Positions 41,950 through 56,891 of a stretch of DNA of 64,000 bases are shown here, one piece after another. The stretch is from Camelus ferus (Eukaryota). How positions within the stretch are numbered: position 1 is the stretch's first letter; the number at the start of each line of letters is the position of its first letter. The translations under genes and the position numbers were made by a program. The notes under the pieces were generated by a model, which searched no databases, had not been told where the DNA came from, and saw only the letters and a program-made list of their open reading frames with translations. The stretch lies in assembly GCF_009834535.1 (NCBI RefSeq), contig NC_045705.1, positions 66,340,001 to 66,404,000 on the forward strand, written 5' to 3'.

Positions 41950-43100
41950 TTTACTAATGCTCACAACTCCGGGAACAGGGAGGGTTAGGATGAATGCCTC
42001 TGTCAGACAGACGTGAAGCGTGTCAACCCCAGCACTAAACTGAGCTTCCAAGGCCGGGACGCCGTCAGGCTCCGGAGCGCGGTCCTCAAGTCCAGGTATT
42101 TCTAGGGAGCGAACTACAAGCTCCAGAAGGCAATGCGCGGCGATGATGAGGCTTGGGCCCCGCAGCTCAGGCACTCGGGTGTACGCCTGCGCAGCGGTGG
42201 GTGAACTGGACAATGCAAGGAGACTACAAGTTCCGAGAAGCAACGCGACGAAGCCCCAGTCGGGGCTGTTTGCGCCTGCNNNNNNNNNNNNNNNNNNNNN
42301 NNNNNNNNNNNNNNNNNNNNNNNNNNNNNNNNNNNNNNNNNNNNNNNNNNNNNNNNNNNNNNNNNNNNNNNNNNNNNNNNNNNNNNNNNNNNNNNNNNNN
42401 NNNNNNNNNNNNNNNNNNNNNNNNNNNCTCGATCCCGAGTACGGGGCTGTACGCTTACCGGGGTTGTCTGGCTCGGGTCAGGACTGCGCGGCGCCCCCAC
42501 ATCCGGGTCCCTCTTCCGCTGACCTCCCCCCCTCACATCCGGGTCCTGCCCCTCCCCCGAGGGCCCCAGGACCCCGGCTAGACACCCCGAGTTCTCGCAG
42601 CCGGGTCTGGAGACTGCGACCCTGAGGGGCACAACTTGGAGTCCGAGGCACCGGCACTACCAGGCCTTATCGGTCAGGTGACCCCGCAGCTCCGGTATTT
42701 CCAGGCCTCAGTTTCCCCACCTGCTGCCTGAGAGTGGCGGTCTTAGTGTTGACGACGGTCCCGGCATTTTGGAGCCTGTCACCGGTTTCTGGTCTCGGTC
42801 TAGACTCGGGCCCTTTAGGTCGGGCCTTAAATTCTGTTTTCCTCTTCTCCCGGAATCCGGTTCCTCGGCGCTAGCCCAGGGGCTGGTCAGACGCGGGAGG
42901 CCCCAGGGGCTGCTCTGGATAGCTCTCCCGCAGGCCCTCCTCTCCCAGGCTGCTGCTTTGCCCCTTGCCTGAGTCAAATTGCCCTGCCGCTCCCGGCGGC
43001 CAGTCCCTTCCCGCCCTCCCCTCACCTTTGCGCAGGCCCTCAGCGCCACGGTCACACCTCTTCCCTTCGCCGTCACGCTGCCGATGAAGTTTAGATGAAT
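41950..43100 (+). promoter_or_regulatory. RAB1B CpG island promoter
   Basis: CpG-rich. Two ACTACA-type ZNF143/SBS motifs (42113-42137, 42223-42247) and NRF1-like motifs (42185-42193, 42271-42279) lie directly before the N-run. Confidence 0.8.
42280..42427. other. N-run (148 nt), probably covering RAB1B exon 1
   Basis: Lies right after the promoter motifs; I found no ATGAACCCCGAATA-like exon outside it. Confidence 0.85.
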
Positions 43101-43399
43101 GTGGCCATTGCTTCTTACCTTCCAGTGGGATTGTTTGTTTCTCAAACTCTCCTCACTTCTTGGTCACTCCCCCTACGGGTAGGTGGCCCAGATCTCTGCC
43201 CCGACTTCTCCTTGCCAGTTTTCCCTAAGTGTCAGTTATCTTCTTCCTCTTCTGCAACTTCCGTTTTCTTCTCCAGATCCAGACCTCAGGTTTCCTTGGG
43301 GAAGGGTGAAGCTCTGAACTGGATTGTAAGGGGGAACAGAGAAGGAAACCAACAGGCTCTCACAGAGACTTTAAAGTCTGAACCTGGTGTCCAGTATTA

Positions 43400-43590
43400 A
43401 AGTTAACAACTTACACAGATTAGGGCAAGTTGCTTCCCTTCTTTGGCCTCTGGTTTCATCCTTAGTTGGAAATAACAGTTCATTGGACTGTTGGGAACCT
43501 TAAGTGAAGTGATGCATTTGAAGTACTTAGTACAGGGCCAGGCACAAGGAGGAAATCGATACATGTTAACTGCTGTTATCATTGCCACTC
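43400..43590 (+). mobile_element. MIR SINE
   Basis: GGGCAAGTTGCTT...GAAGTACTTAGTACAGGGCCAGGCACA...GTTAACTGCTGTTAT. Confidence 0.55.
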
Positions 43591-44075
43591 CCTTCATCAG
43601 CTCTTCTTAGAGGCTTCATACCAGGCTCTTCACATAGATACTGAAGTTCTAGGCTGGGCCCTGGCTTCCACTTCAGAGGTCTCTCCTGCCAAGCCAGGTA
43701 TGGCACAGGGCAGTGTAGGAGGGTTTCTCTCTAGCCCCTACTGGACCCGAACCATGGAGTCTATCAGGAGGCAGGGTAAGATGCCCAGCTCTGTCACCTA
43801 ACCAATTCTGTACCTTTGCAAGTCATGTTCCTCTCTGTGCCTCAGTTTCTTTGTCTGTAAAGTGGGAATTCAGACTCACCCCTTTGGGCCAGCTGTGTTA
43901 TGGAGAGTGATCAGCCCTCCCCATCCTAGGACTTGTGGGAGGATCTTACAAGTGTCTTAATACTCTAATCTGAGGCACGGCTCATGGTGTGGGAGAATGC
44001 TGTAGTTGTGACTCCAGGATGATGGCAGGTTGGGCTCCCTGCCTGCCTTCATACCTTCCCATCCTTTCTCTCCAG

Positions 44076-48329
<4,254 letters not shown>

Positions 48330-49556
48330 GAGGGGCTTGTGGGGTGGGACAGGAGGGGGCACCTTCTCCAGATGATGCCCCTGGAGGGGGGCAAGAGGTG
48401 CCTCCCTATGCTGGGGCATTTGAATCTGTGGCTTTGGGGTGTCCCGGGCTTCCCATCTCCCTCTGGCCCATCTGCCTGCCACCCTGAGCTCTGGTTCTGT
48501 CAGGACCCCCAAAGGAGGACACCCAGGACCTGTGGCTGGGGTAGGGGTGTGGGCTTGCTCTGCTGCTGCCTCTAGGTGACTTTAAACAATACCCCACCAC
48601 ACACCTTTCTTTGGGATGAGGGCTCCTCTGTCTCCCTCCCCTGTCCCCCATGTATGCTGCAGTGGATTTCTCTCCTTACCCTCTCCCTTCTCTTCCCTGC
48701 ACCCCCCTTCCCCAAGAGCCATGGGCCTCCCTGGCCTCTACTGCCCCTGGCTGCAGTCCGCGCATGGGGCCAGGAATGGGACCAGGGCATCCAGGGCCTG
48801 GGATCCGGGGCCCTGGGCTGGACCTCAGGACGGGCGTGGGGCCACAGGGGCCCAGCAGCCCACTTCCTCTCCTCCCTGCCTCCTTCCCACCCTTCCCACA
48901 CTCACCCCTCTAGCCGTCCAACTGCGGTGGGGTCTGAGCACATCTAGGGCAGGTGGGTGGGCAGCCGTGCTGGGCCTGTGTCTTAAGCCCAGAGGAAGCC
49001 TGCTCCTGCCACCCCCTGCCCTGCCAGAGCCAGGCCCATGTGCTGCCTGCCCACCGTGCCCCTTTGTCCCCAAGGCAGGCGCAAGGCAGGCGGAGGCGGA
49101 AGGCCCACCGTGCCAGAGGCTGGGCATCAGCCTTAACCCTCACTCTGCCGGCACCTCTTCCCTGTCCCTGAGGCAGCACATCTGACTTATTCTCCCTCTT
49201 CCGTCCCTTGGAGCCTGTGAGGGCAGATCCTCATTGCCTGTCGCTACTTCTCTGGGAATGCGGGTGCATCCCAGGGTTGGGGGGGCCTCTCCACTTACCC
49301 CCTCCCACCTGGGATCCTAGCCCCCTGCCCTCTGACACAGCTTCTTCCTGCAGAAAAACAAACCTCTGGTCTCTACCTGAGAAGCCATGTACCTGTGCTG
49401 TCTCTTGCCTGTCCCACCCGTGCCCTGCCCTCCAGCTTGTATTTAAGTCCCTGGGCTGCCCCTTGGGGTGCCCCCCCAACCCCAGGATCCCCTCTGGTGT
49501 TGTGTCAGGCATTTTGCAAGGAAAAGCCACTTGGGGAGAGATGGAAAGGACAAAAA

Positions 49557-49566
49557 AATAAATAAA
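49557..49566 (+). terminator. RAB1B polyadenylation signal (overlapping AATAAATAAA)
   Basis: Two overlapping AATAAA hexamers about 1.2 kb after the stop, followed by GT-rich sequence. Confidence 0.8.
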
Positions 49567-50199
49567 TTTCCACTGGCCCTCGGGTGAGCCGAGGGTTTTT
49601 GCAAGGAAGTTGTGGTGGTTGAGTGTGGTCTGTGGTGGGAGCCGCCTTGAGAGGAGTGGAGGGCTGGAGCCTTGGATTGGGTGGGCTACACAGGGGTCCT
49701 GGCTTGGGCTGTGTCCTAAGGTTGCTGTTGGAAATCCTTGACCCATTTCCTGAAGCCAGGAGAGGTGCCTGCTTGTGCTTCTGTGGTTTGTCCCCAAGGG
49801 CCCAGCACGGTTCCGGCAGGGAGGAGGGCAGGCCGCCATCAGCTAGTACCTGGTGAGCCCGGCAAACACCCACACCGGCACAGACCCAGGACGTGGAGTT
49901 GGGCCGCAGCTAGAGGCGCCGCGGGGCTGCCAATGTGTCCATGGTGCCTGGCCCGCATCCCTGTCAGCCCCCTGGCTTAGCCACCTCTCCCGGTCTCATT
50001 CAGGGTTCAAGCCAGGTGTCTGTACCCCCTTGGGTGGTGACAAGTGCTTTACCCGTGGGACCTCGGTCCAACCTCCATAGCCAGTGTATAAGGGCAGGGG
50101 TGTGTGCCCGTCTTAGTAGACCGAGTGTGACTGTGATGGGTGCGTTGTGTTATGCGGTGGGAGGGTGAGGGGCCGGGGGTGGGGGGGGGTAATGCTAGG

Positions 50200-50900
50200 A
50201 ATATGCGTCCATGCTTACGTGTCCCTGAGGTTGGGGCGGGGGTGGCACCCGGACCGGCAGGCGGAGGGGCGCACAGAGACCCAGCCCCGCCCGAGGCCGC
50301 TCGCACGGCGGCCCCGCCCCCGGCTCCGCCCCGCGGGCTTCGCGGGCTGGAGAGAGCGAGCCGCGGGCGAGGGATCGCAGGATGAGCGATCGGGGCCCGG
50401 GCAGCCGGCAGCGGTCGCGCCCCCCGAGCCCACCGGCCCGCGCCCCGCGCGCCCCACGGCCCCGCGGCCCCGATCCCGGCCGCGCCGCCCGCGTCTCCCG
50501 AGCCCGCGCCCGAGCCCTGCGGGCCATGCACGGCCGGCCCTAAGCGCGGGCCGGGGTGGGGGGGGGCGNNNNNNNNNNNNNNNNNNNNNNNNNNNNNNNN
50601 NNNNNNNNNNNNNNNNNNNNNNNNNNNNNNNNNNNNNNNNNNNNNNNNNNNNNNNNNNNNNNNNNNNNNNNNNNNNNNNNNNNNNNNNNNNNNNNNNNNN
50701 NNNNNNNNNNNNNNNNNNNNNNNNNNNNNNNNNNNNNNNNGGGCAGGGGTTGCACAGAGCGGGAGGGGGCCGGACGGATGGTCTCAGGGCCGGGAGAAAC
50801 TTAAGAGCCTCCTCTCTGCTATCCCCCATCGGTCGCCTTCTGTTCGCCCCATCAACAGCCCCCATCATCGGCTTCCTTCCCGGGGGCCCCCCTTCCTCCA
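50200..50900 (+). promoter_or_regulatory. CNIH2 CpG island promoter and GC-rich 5' leader
   Basis: Extremely GC/CpG-rich segment between the RAB1B polyA signal and CNIH2 intron 1. Confidence 0.75.
50569..50740. other. N-run (172 nt), probably covering CNIH2 coding exon 1
   Basis: Lies between the GC-rich leader and intron-like sequence; the MAFTFAAF exon is not visible elsewhere. Confidence 0.85.
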
Positions 50901-51067
50901 CCGCCCCCGCCTGTCTGTGGGTATGTCAGTCGGTCCCTGACCCCCTTCCCCTGCCCCATGAAGCCTTGGGGTGTGGGGAGGAATTCTGGGATCCTTGCTC
51001 TTTCCCTCTTGCTACTCCCCCCAAATCCAATCGCCCCCGTTTGTCTGTCGGGCAGTTTGTCTGCTCG

Positions 51068-51084
51068 CCCCCCCCCCCCCCCCC
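51068..51084. repeat. Poly(C)17 run
   Basis: Direct reading. A C13 run also lies at 14118-14130. Confidence 0.9.
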
Positions 51085-53149
51085 GTGGGTTTTTCCAGCC
51101 GGAGTGATGGAGCCGGTTGCTTTGGCAACTGCATCTGTTTACAGGACCTACGGATCGTAGAGCCCATTAACACCCACCCCCAAGCCCCCGCTCCGACCCA
51201 TCAGCGACTGGCTGTAAGCAGCCTACCACCAGTTCACCTTGGGTTTCCCTGCCCCCTCCTGTCAGGGCTTCCCCCCACTAGGTTTCCTCCCCACCAGCTT
51301 CCCTCCTCTTCCTGCCCCCACTTTCCCCTTTGTCTTCTGTTTCCTCACTCTGGCCTTGCCTCACACCTGGTTCTTCAAAATATCCATTTATCCCTTATCC
51401 TGATTGCCTGCCCTTAGAGAAGGTCCCTCTTTCCCATTCTCTGGGGCCCTCTCCTCAGTGGTCCCCCTGCCTGCCTCTCTTCTGTTCACTACAAAACTAT
51501 CAATCAGCCTCCAGCTCATTGTTTGGGGCCTTTGGCTCCCCTTTACTGACATTTCTTCTATGTTGGGGTTTCAGCCACCACCCCGATCCCCTCCACGTGG
51601 CCTGTTCATCTTGGTCCTGGTCCACTCAGCTCAGCATCCTCTGCTTGTACATCCAGCACACACCTTCCTGATCATCCTGCTCTCTTCATACCCTCTTACT
51701 TCTTTCTTTCTCTCCATTGCCTTACCTGCTTCTTTCTTGGTCTCCCCACTTTCTCACTCTTCCTGGGACCAACTGCCTGCCTGCCCTGTGGTCCTCCCTG
51801 GCTCTTGACCAATCTCTCCCTTTGTCATCCCCTGATGTCCTTCCACTGCCTGTTTCTTTTATATCAGGATTCCCTGGACTCTGACTGCACACCTCCTGTG
51901 TGAGGAGTGAGCCCCACAGGTACCTTCAAGCACATACACCCCATCTCCAGCTCTCTCTCTCCCTGGCTTTGCCTCTCTCTCTCTCTCTTGCTCTCTCTCA
52001 GTTGCCTTTTCTTTTCTCTCCTCCCTTCTGTTTCTCTTTCCCACTTTTCATCTCCCCTGGGTCCATCTGGATCTCCCTGAGCCTCCTAGCTTATCCCATG
52101 TCCTTGGACAATCCTGTGGGGTGGTGGCATGAGGGCTGGAGTCCTGAGAGCTGGAAGGAATTTAGGGTCACGGGCTGGGAACACAAAGCTAACTAGCTCC
52201 TGGGAGAAAGCCTCCTGGAATTCAAGAAGTCCCTTTCTGGGCCCCTTCCTACTCAGAGGCCTCCAACAGTCTCTAGTGGGGGTTTCCTTGTCCTCAGAGG
52301 ATCCTCAGAGCAGTTCTCCATCCAACACACCTGTATCAGTGCTCCCGAGAACCAGGCTCTGGATGGGTTTGGGGGAATCAAGGATGGATAAGACTCAGGC
52401 TTTGCCCTTGTGGGGCTCCCAGCCTGGGAGAAAGTGCCCAAGCTTTCTCAAAAAAAATTTATTGAGCACCTACTGTATGTCAGGCACTGTGTTCACTCAG
52501 CTGTTTAGCTGGACAATTGTAGTAAGTCTATTGTCCTGAGTTTGTTTCCTTACTGGTAAAGTAGACTTGTATATACATCAGAGTGCCTTGAGCAAGGCTT
52601 GCCAAGGGGTGTGCAGGTGAGGAGAGGCGGTGTGGTCCTCAATGCAAATTGGTAAGAACTAGAACCTTCACAGGCAAGACCCTAGATCCCACCACAGACC
52701 CTGAGCTGGGGCCCTGGTCGCTAGGCAACCCTGGTGGTGAGTGACGTGTGTCAGCTGTCACCGTGGGGGATTGTTTGTTCCATGGGGCTGAGTCAGCGCC
52801 AGGCAGCCTGGGGGGTGGGAGGCACGACACCCGCCGCCTGCTGGTGATGCCAGCTCTGGGGCAGACAGACGGCACCCTTCCGCTCCCTGCTGGACCCTGT
52901 TGCTGTGCCTGGCAGGCAGGCAGCTGCCCAGAGTCAATGGGGAGTGTAGGGGGGTGCTGCTGCAGATGGCCCCAGCTCCCTCCAGGAAGCCCACATTCTC
53001 TCCCTTTGAGCCTGGGATGCTTGGGGGTGGTGGGCCCGCTGCCTCATCCTAGCACTGGTGCTGAGGGGAGGGGACCCCAGAAGTCTCATCTGCCAACCTT
53101 CCTCCCTTGTCAGCTCCCCCTAGGTCCATCCCATCCTCTCCTGTCCTAC

Positions 53150-54140
53150 CTTAGAGTTCTCTGTCCCACTGAGGACACTGCCGTCCACCAAATGCCCCAA
53201 CACTCAAAGTCACCTCTGCCTCCATCCACATCACTGCCTTTCAAGCTCTCTCGAGTCTGGCTTCTAAATAGCTCTGGAATCCATCCACACCTCTCCATCC
53301 CCAATGCCACTCTCCTCACTCAGATCACCACGCCTCCTCCCCCCGCCCCCACCACAACAGTCCAACAGTCCCCTGACTGATTGTAGGCCCCCGCCTAAAG
53401 GCACAGCTTGTTTATCAGTTTAGCCCATGGCTTATTCTCTAGAGCCTTCAGGCAGGGGCCTGCACTGATCTGGCCTGAGTATAGTAAAGTGGTTAAATTT
53501 TTTAACTCTGGAGTCTAACTGGGTTTGAATCCTGGCTTGCCACTAACTAGATATTTGGCCTTGGACAAGTCACTTAATCTGTTTCCTCATCTGCGAAACG
53601 AAAACAGTAACACCAATACCTACGTCATCAGGTTGTTGCGAGCATTAAGTGAGTTAATAAAGCCTGCTGGCATAGAGGAAGCATCTTGTATGTCTTGGCT
53701 GGGACTGTTAGTTTCTACGCCCTGCTCGGTCAACCCTAATTCATCAAACTGCCCGCTCCACTCGGCCACTTTATATCCCTCAATGGCTCCCTTTTACTTT
53801 TGTGTTAAAAGTCTGAACATCTGTTCTAGCCTCACAAGGCACCCCCGTCTGGCTCCACTGACCTCTCCAGCCTGTCTTTCACCATTCTCTTCTCTCTTCT
53901 CACATGCCTCACACTTTCACTCTTGCCCTGTGGAACCAGCAGCTTCCTGAATGTTCCTTGTTCTTTCAACCTTCTGCCTTTGTACCTGCTGTTCCTGCTG
54001 CTCAGACTGCCCTTCCCCCATTTGTTCACCAAACACCAGAGTCCAGCCTGAACTTCCCATCGAGCCCCAGGCTGGATCAGGCACCCATCCCAGGTTCTTC
54101 TTGTACTCCACAGCGCTGATCACCCCAGAGTGTAGTTCAC
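53150..54140 (+). mobile_element. L2 remnant with a nested MIR (about 53478-53660) in CNIH2 intron 1
   Basis: L2 pyrimidine-rich motifs flank a MIR (GTGGTTAA...GGGTTTGAATCCTGGC...GTTTCCTCATCTG...GAGTTAATA). Confidence 0.6.
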
Positions 54141-54489
54141 CGTTCTCATCCCAAGCCTGGGGTTCCTCTCAGGCAGGGGCTGTGTCCCAGGCTTCTGGAG
54201 CCCCAGTGCTCAGTACCGGGCCCAGCAGAGAAGACACCATCTCTTGGGATGTTTTGGATGGAGGTGTAGTGGGCATGTCCTTAACTGGACATCAGCACAC
54301 TAGGGTTACATTCCAGACTGTTGTGTGACCTTGGGCCAGGCCCCTCCCCTCCCTGGGCCTCAGTTTCTCCACCTTCGCAGCAAGCTCCATCTGATCTGAT
54401 CCCCATATGTGAAACCCTATGTCACAGAGGAATGGGGAGGGGTCATAAGCTGCTGCCCCAACCCTGACAAGCACACACCCCTTCCCCAG

Positions 54490-55849
54490 ATTATAGCCTT
54501 TGACGAGCTGCGGACCGACTTCAAGAACCCCATCGACCAGGGGAACCCAGCGCGGGCAGTAAGTGATACATGTGCTGTGCTGAGGTGTGTCCGTCTGTCT
54601 GTCTTTCCATCTGTCGTGGGCGAAGGGTGGTGGGGGACAGGAAGACGGGTGGGGGGACAGCGGCTGTGCCCCTTCCTCTGTGTGTCCCCGCCCCCAGCAA
54701 ACACCTGGTGCGGCCTCAGGACTTGGGTTCCTACTGGCGGGGCGGCCGTTGCCAGGCTCTGGGCCGTTGCCGTGGAGACGCGGGTGAAGATCCCTCCATG
54801 GTGACTGTCGCCATGGGGACGGCGCGGCTGCTTCCCTACCGCGCCGACAAGCTGCAGAATCTGCTCTGGCGCCCCCTGGCGGCCACGTGCAGGGCGGTGG
54901 GGGGGCGCAGGAGAGTTGGGGGGGGCCCCCCAATGTCGGCTCCTCTGCCTCTTCCATTGCGGTCTTTTCCTCCCCCCTACAGCGCGAGCGTTTAAAAAAC
55001 ATCGAACGCATCTGCTGCCTCCTGAGGAAGGTCAGTGTCAGGGCTTGGGGCAGGAGGCTCCTAGTCCAGGTCGGCCTCACTCTCAGGCACCCAGAGCCGG
55101 GCGTTCCTCCTCTGGGGCCCGTTTGATTCGTTTCTCCATGTGGGAGGGAGTGGGAGGCTAGAGGCCCTTTACTTCACAGAAGTCATGGGGGTGGGCACCT
55201 CCCATGTGCCCTTAAAGCTTGGGTCTGTCCAAGCCCCTGGCCGCTGACTTCTCATNNNNNNNNNNNNNNNNNNNNNNNNNNNNNNNNNNNNNNNNNNNNN
55301 NNNNNNNNNNNNNNNNNNNNNNNNNNNNNNNNNNNNNNNNNNNNNNNNNNNNNNNNNNNNNNNNNNNNNNNNNNNNNNNNNNNNNNNNNNNNNNNTGGCA
55401 ACAGAGGGTGAGATGGGGGGCTGGAGGCAGGACAGGGGTGTGAGCCTTGAGGGTGGGCATTCAGGCCCCTCCCTCACCCCAGGTACTTCCACCGCCCTGC
55501 GGATGGCTCTGAGGTCATGTATGACGCGGTCTCCATCATGAATGCCGACATCCTCAACTACTGCCAGAAGGAGTCCTGGTGCAAACTCGCCTTCTACCTG
55601 CTCTCCTTCTTCTATTACCTGTACAGGTGAGACCCTGCCCATGGCAGTCAGAAATCCGGGAAGGGATGCTCCAGGCACCATCCCTCCAATCCCAGGAGTG
55701 GCTGGGCTCCAAGTTCCTGCCCTTTGCCCTTGAAGACTGAGGGCAACCTAGGGCATGACAGGGTGGGTGGCGAATAGTTGGGTCTACTCATTACTTGGCT
55801 CACTGCCTCATCTTCCCACAGTATGGTTTATACGTTGGTGAGTTTCTAA
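54490..55849 (+). CDS. CNIH2: Protein cornichon homolog 2 (AMPA receptor auxiliary subunit), visible exons 2, 3, 5 and 6
   Basis: Exons 54490-54558 ([23 protein letters not shown]), 54983-55030 ([16 protein letters not shown]), 55483-55626 ([47 protein letters not shown]), 55822-55849 (SMVYTLVSF*). The phase jump between exons 3 and 5 requires a 3n+2 exon, which fits in N-run 55256-55395. Exon 1 is inferred inside N-run 50569-50740. Confidence 0.95.
54867..54885 (-). promoter_or_regulatory. CTCF motif in CNIH2 intron 2
   Basis: Minus strand TGGCCGCCAGGGGGCGCCA, an essentially consensus CTCF core. Confidence 0.7.
55256..55395. other. N-run (about 140 nt) covering CNIH2 exon 4
   Basis: Exon phases require a hidden 3n+2 exon (113 nt in the recalled orthologue). 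Confidence 0.85.
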
Positions 55850-56438
55850 GGGGGAAGCCGGCCAGGGAGCAAGCCCAGAATGGACCGGACGCCTGTGCAC
55901 CCCCAGCCCTTCCCCTGGGCCGCAGAGGCCTCAGCCCTGGGGAGGGAGGGGGCACTGGTGCCCCCAGCCTCCTCTTCACCCCCCAAACTGCTGCTGCGGG
56001 GACTTCCCGCCTTCAGAGCCCCCCCCCTTGGACTAGAGCTGGGCAGAGCTCTCAATAGGGGCAGGAGCTCCTCTGCCAGCCTGTGGGCATGGCAGTCAGT
56101 CCTGGAAGGGGCGGGTCCTCCAGCCTTGTCCACTTCAGGGGGAACTTAGGCCCTGCCAAGGGGTAGGGCTTGACCCTGTAAGTTCTGGGCCGCTCCCCTC
56201 CACCCCCACCCTGAGGCTCCCCCTGCAGGTGGGGGGGTACCCACACCGGGAATGAGCAGGCTCAGCAGGGGGGCAGCCCCACCCCTAGTCTGCCCTCTCC
56301 CCTCCCCCAGGATCTCTCCATACCCCTCCCTATCCCCACTTGCCCCAACCCCAGCCTACCCTGTCTCTCTTGGACCTGTTTTCTATGTTGCCTGGAGAAG
56401 TCCGGCACCCCTTCCCCGGCCATTTGTGACAAAATATG

Positions 56439-56444
56439 AATAAA
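56439..56444 (+). terminator. CNIH2 polyadenylation signal (AATAAA)
   Basis: AATAAA about 590 nt after the CNIH2 stop. Confidence 0.8.
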
Positions 56445-56891
56445 CTCCTGCAAACATGTGGGCCCCGGTTCTACTCCTGAAAGGCTTAAAGAGGAGATGG
56501 GGGCAAAGGAACAGTATAGGGAGCAGCCCTGGGCTAAATCCTCTGCACAGCTAGGCTCATCCCACTAGTCCACAGACCCCCTCAGATGAATCAAAGGCCT
56601 TCGGGGTCTCCTTAGCAGCTGCCCCTTTCCATCCTCACTTTCCTGGCACAGGTAAACAGCTATTTCTGCTGAAATACTTCCATCTGCCTTCCAAGGCAGT
56701 ATCAAGTTCAGCCAGAAAGCCCTCCCTGGGTCCCGCTGCTCCGAGAAAGCCCAAGTCTGGTCCCCTGAGCAATGCAAAAGTCCAGAGGTGGTAGCAATTC
56801 CCCTCTCAAGCCCCAGAAACAAGGGTCAAATGAAATCAAGGAAATCAAATCTTCAATGTATGGAAAAATCAGTGCCGGTGGGGACCCGGGG

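Noticed and set aside
42428-42445. CTCGATCCCGAGTAC (LDPEY) as RAB1B exon 1 (MNPEY)
   Set aside because: There is no ATG and no GT donor after the TA; the resemblance is probably coincidental intron 1 sequence.
51145-51156. 12-nt neural microexon (DLRI) in CNIH2 intron 1
   Set aside because: The acceptor is plausible, but the donor ATC|GTAGAG is weak and the insert would sit at a conserved TM boundary.
50147-51160. Long ORF-track ORFs in CpG islands (also 31882-32436, 32121-32711, 60504-61157, 60697-61353, 63245-63844)
   Set aside because: Low-complexity R/P/G/A translations are expected from stop-poor GC-rich DNA. Several span N-runs, and none has a recognisable domain.
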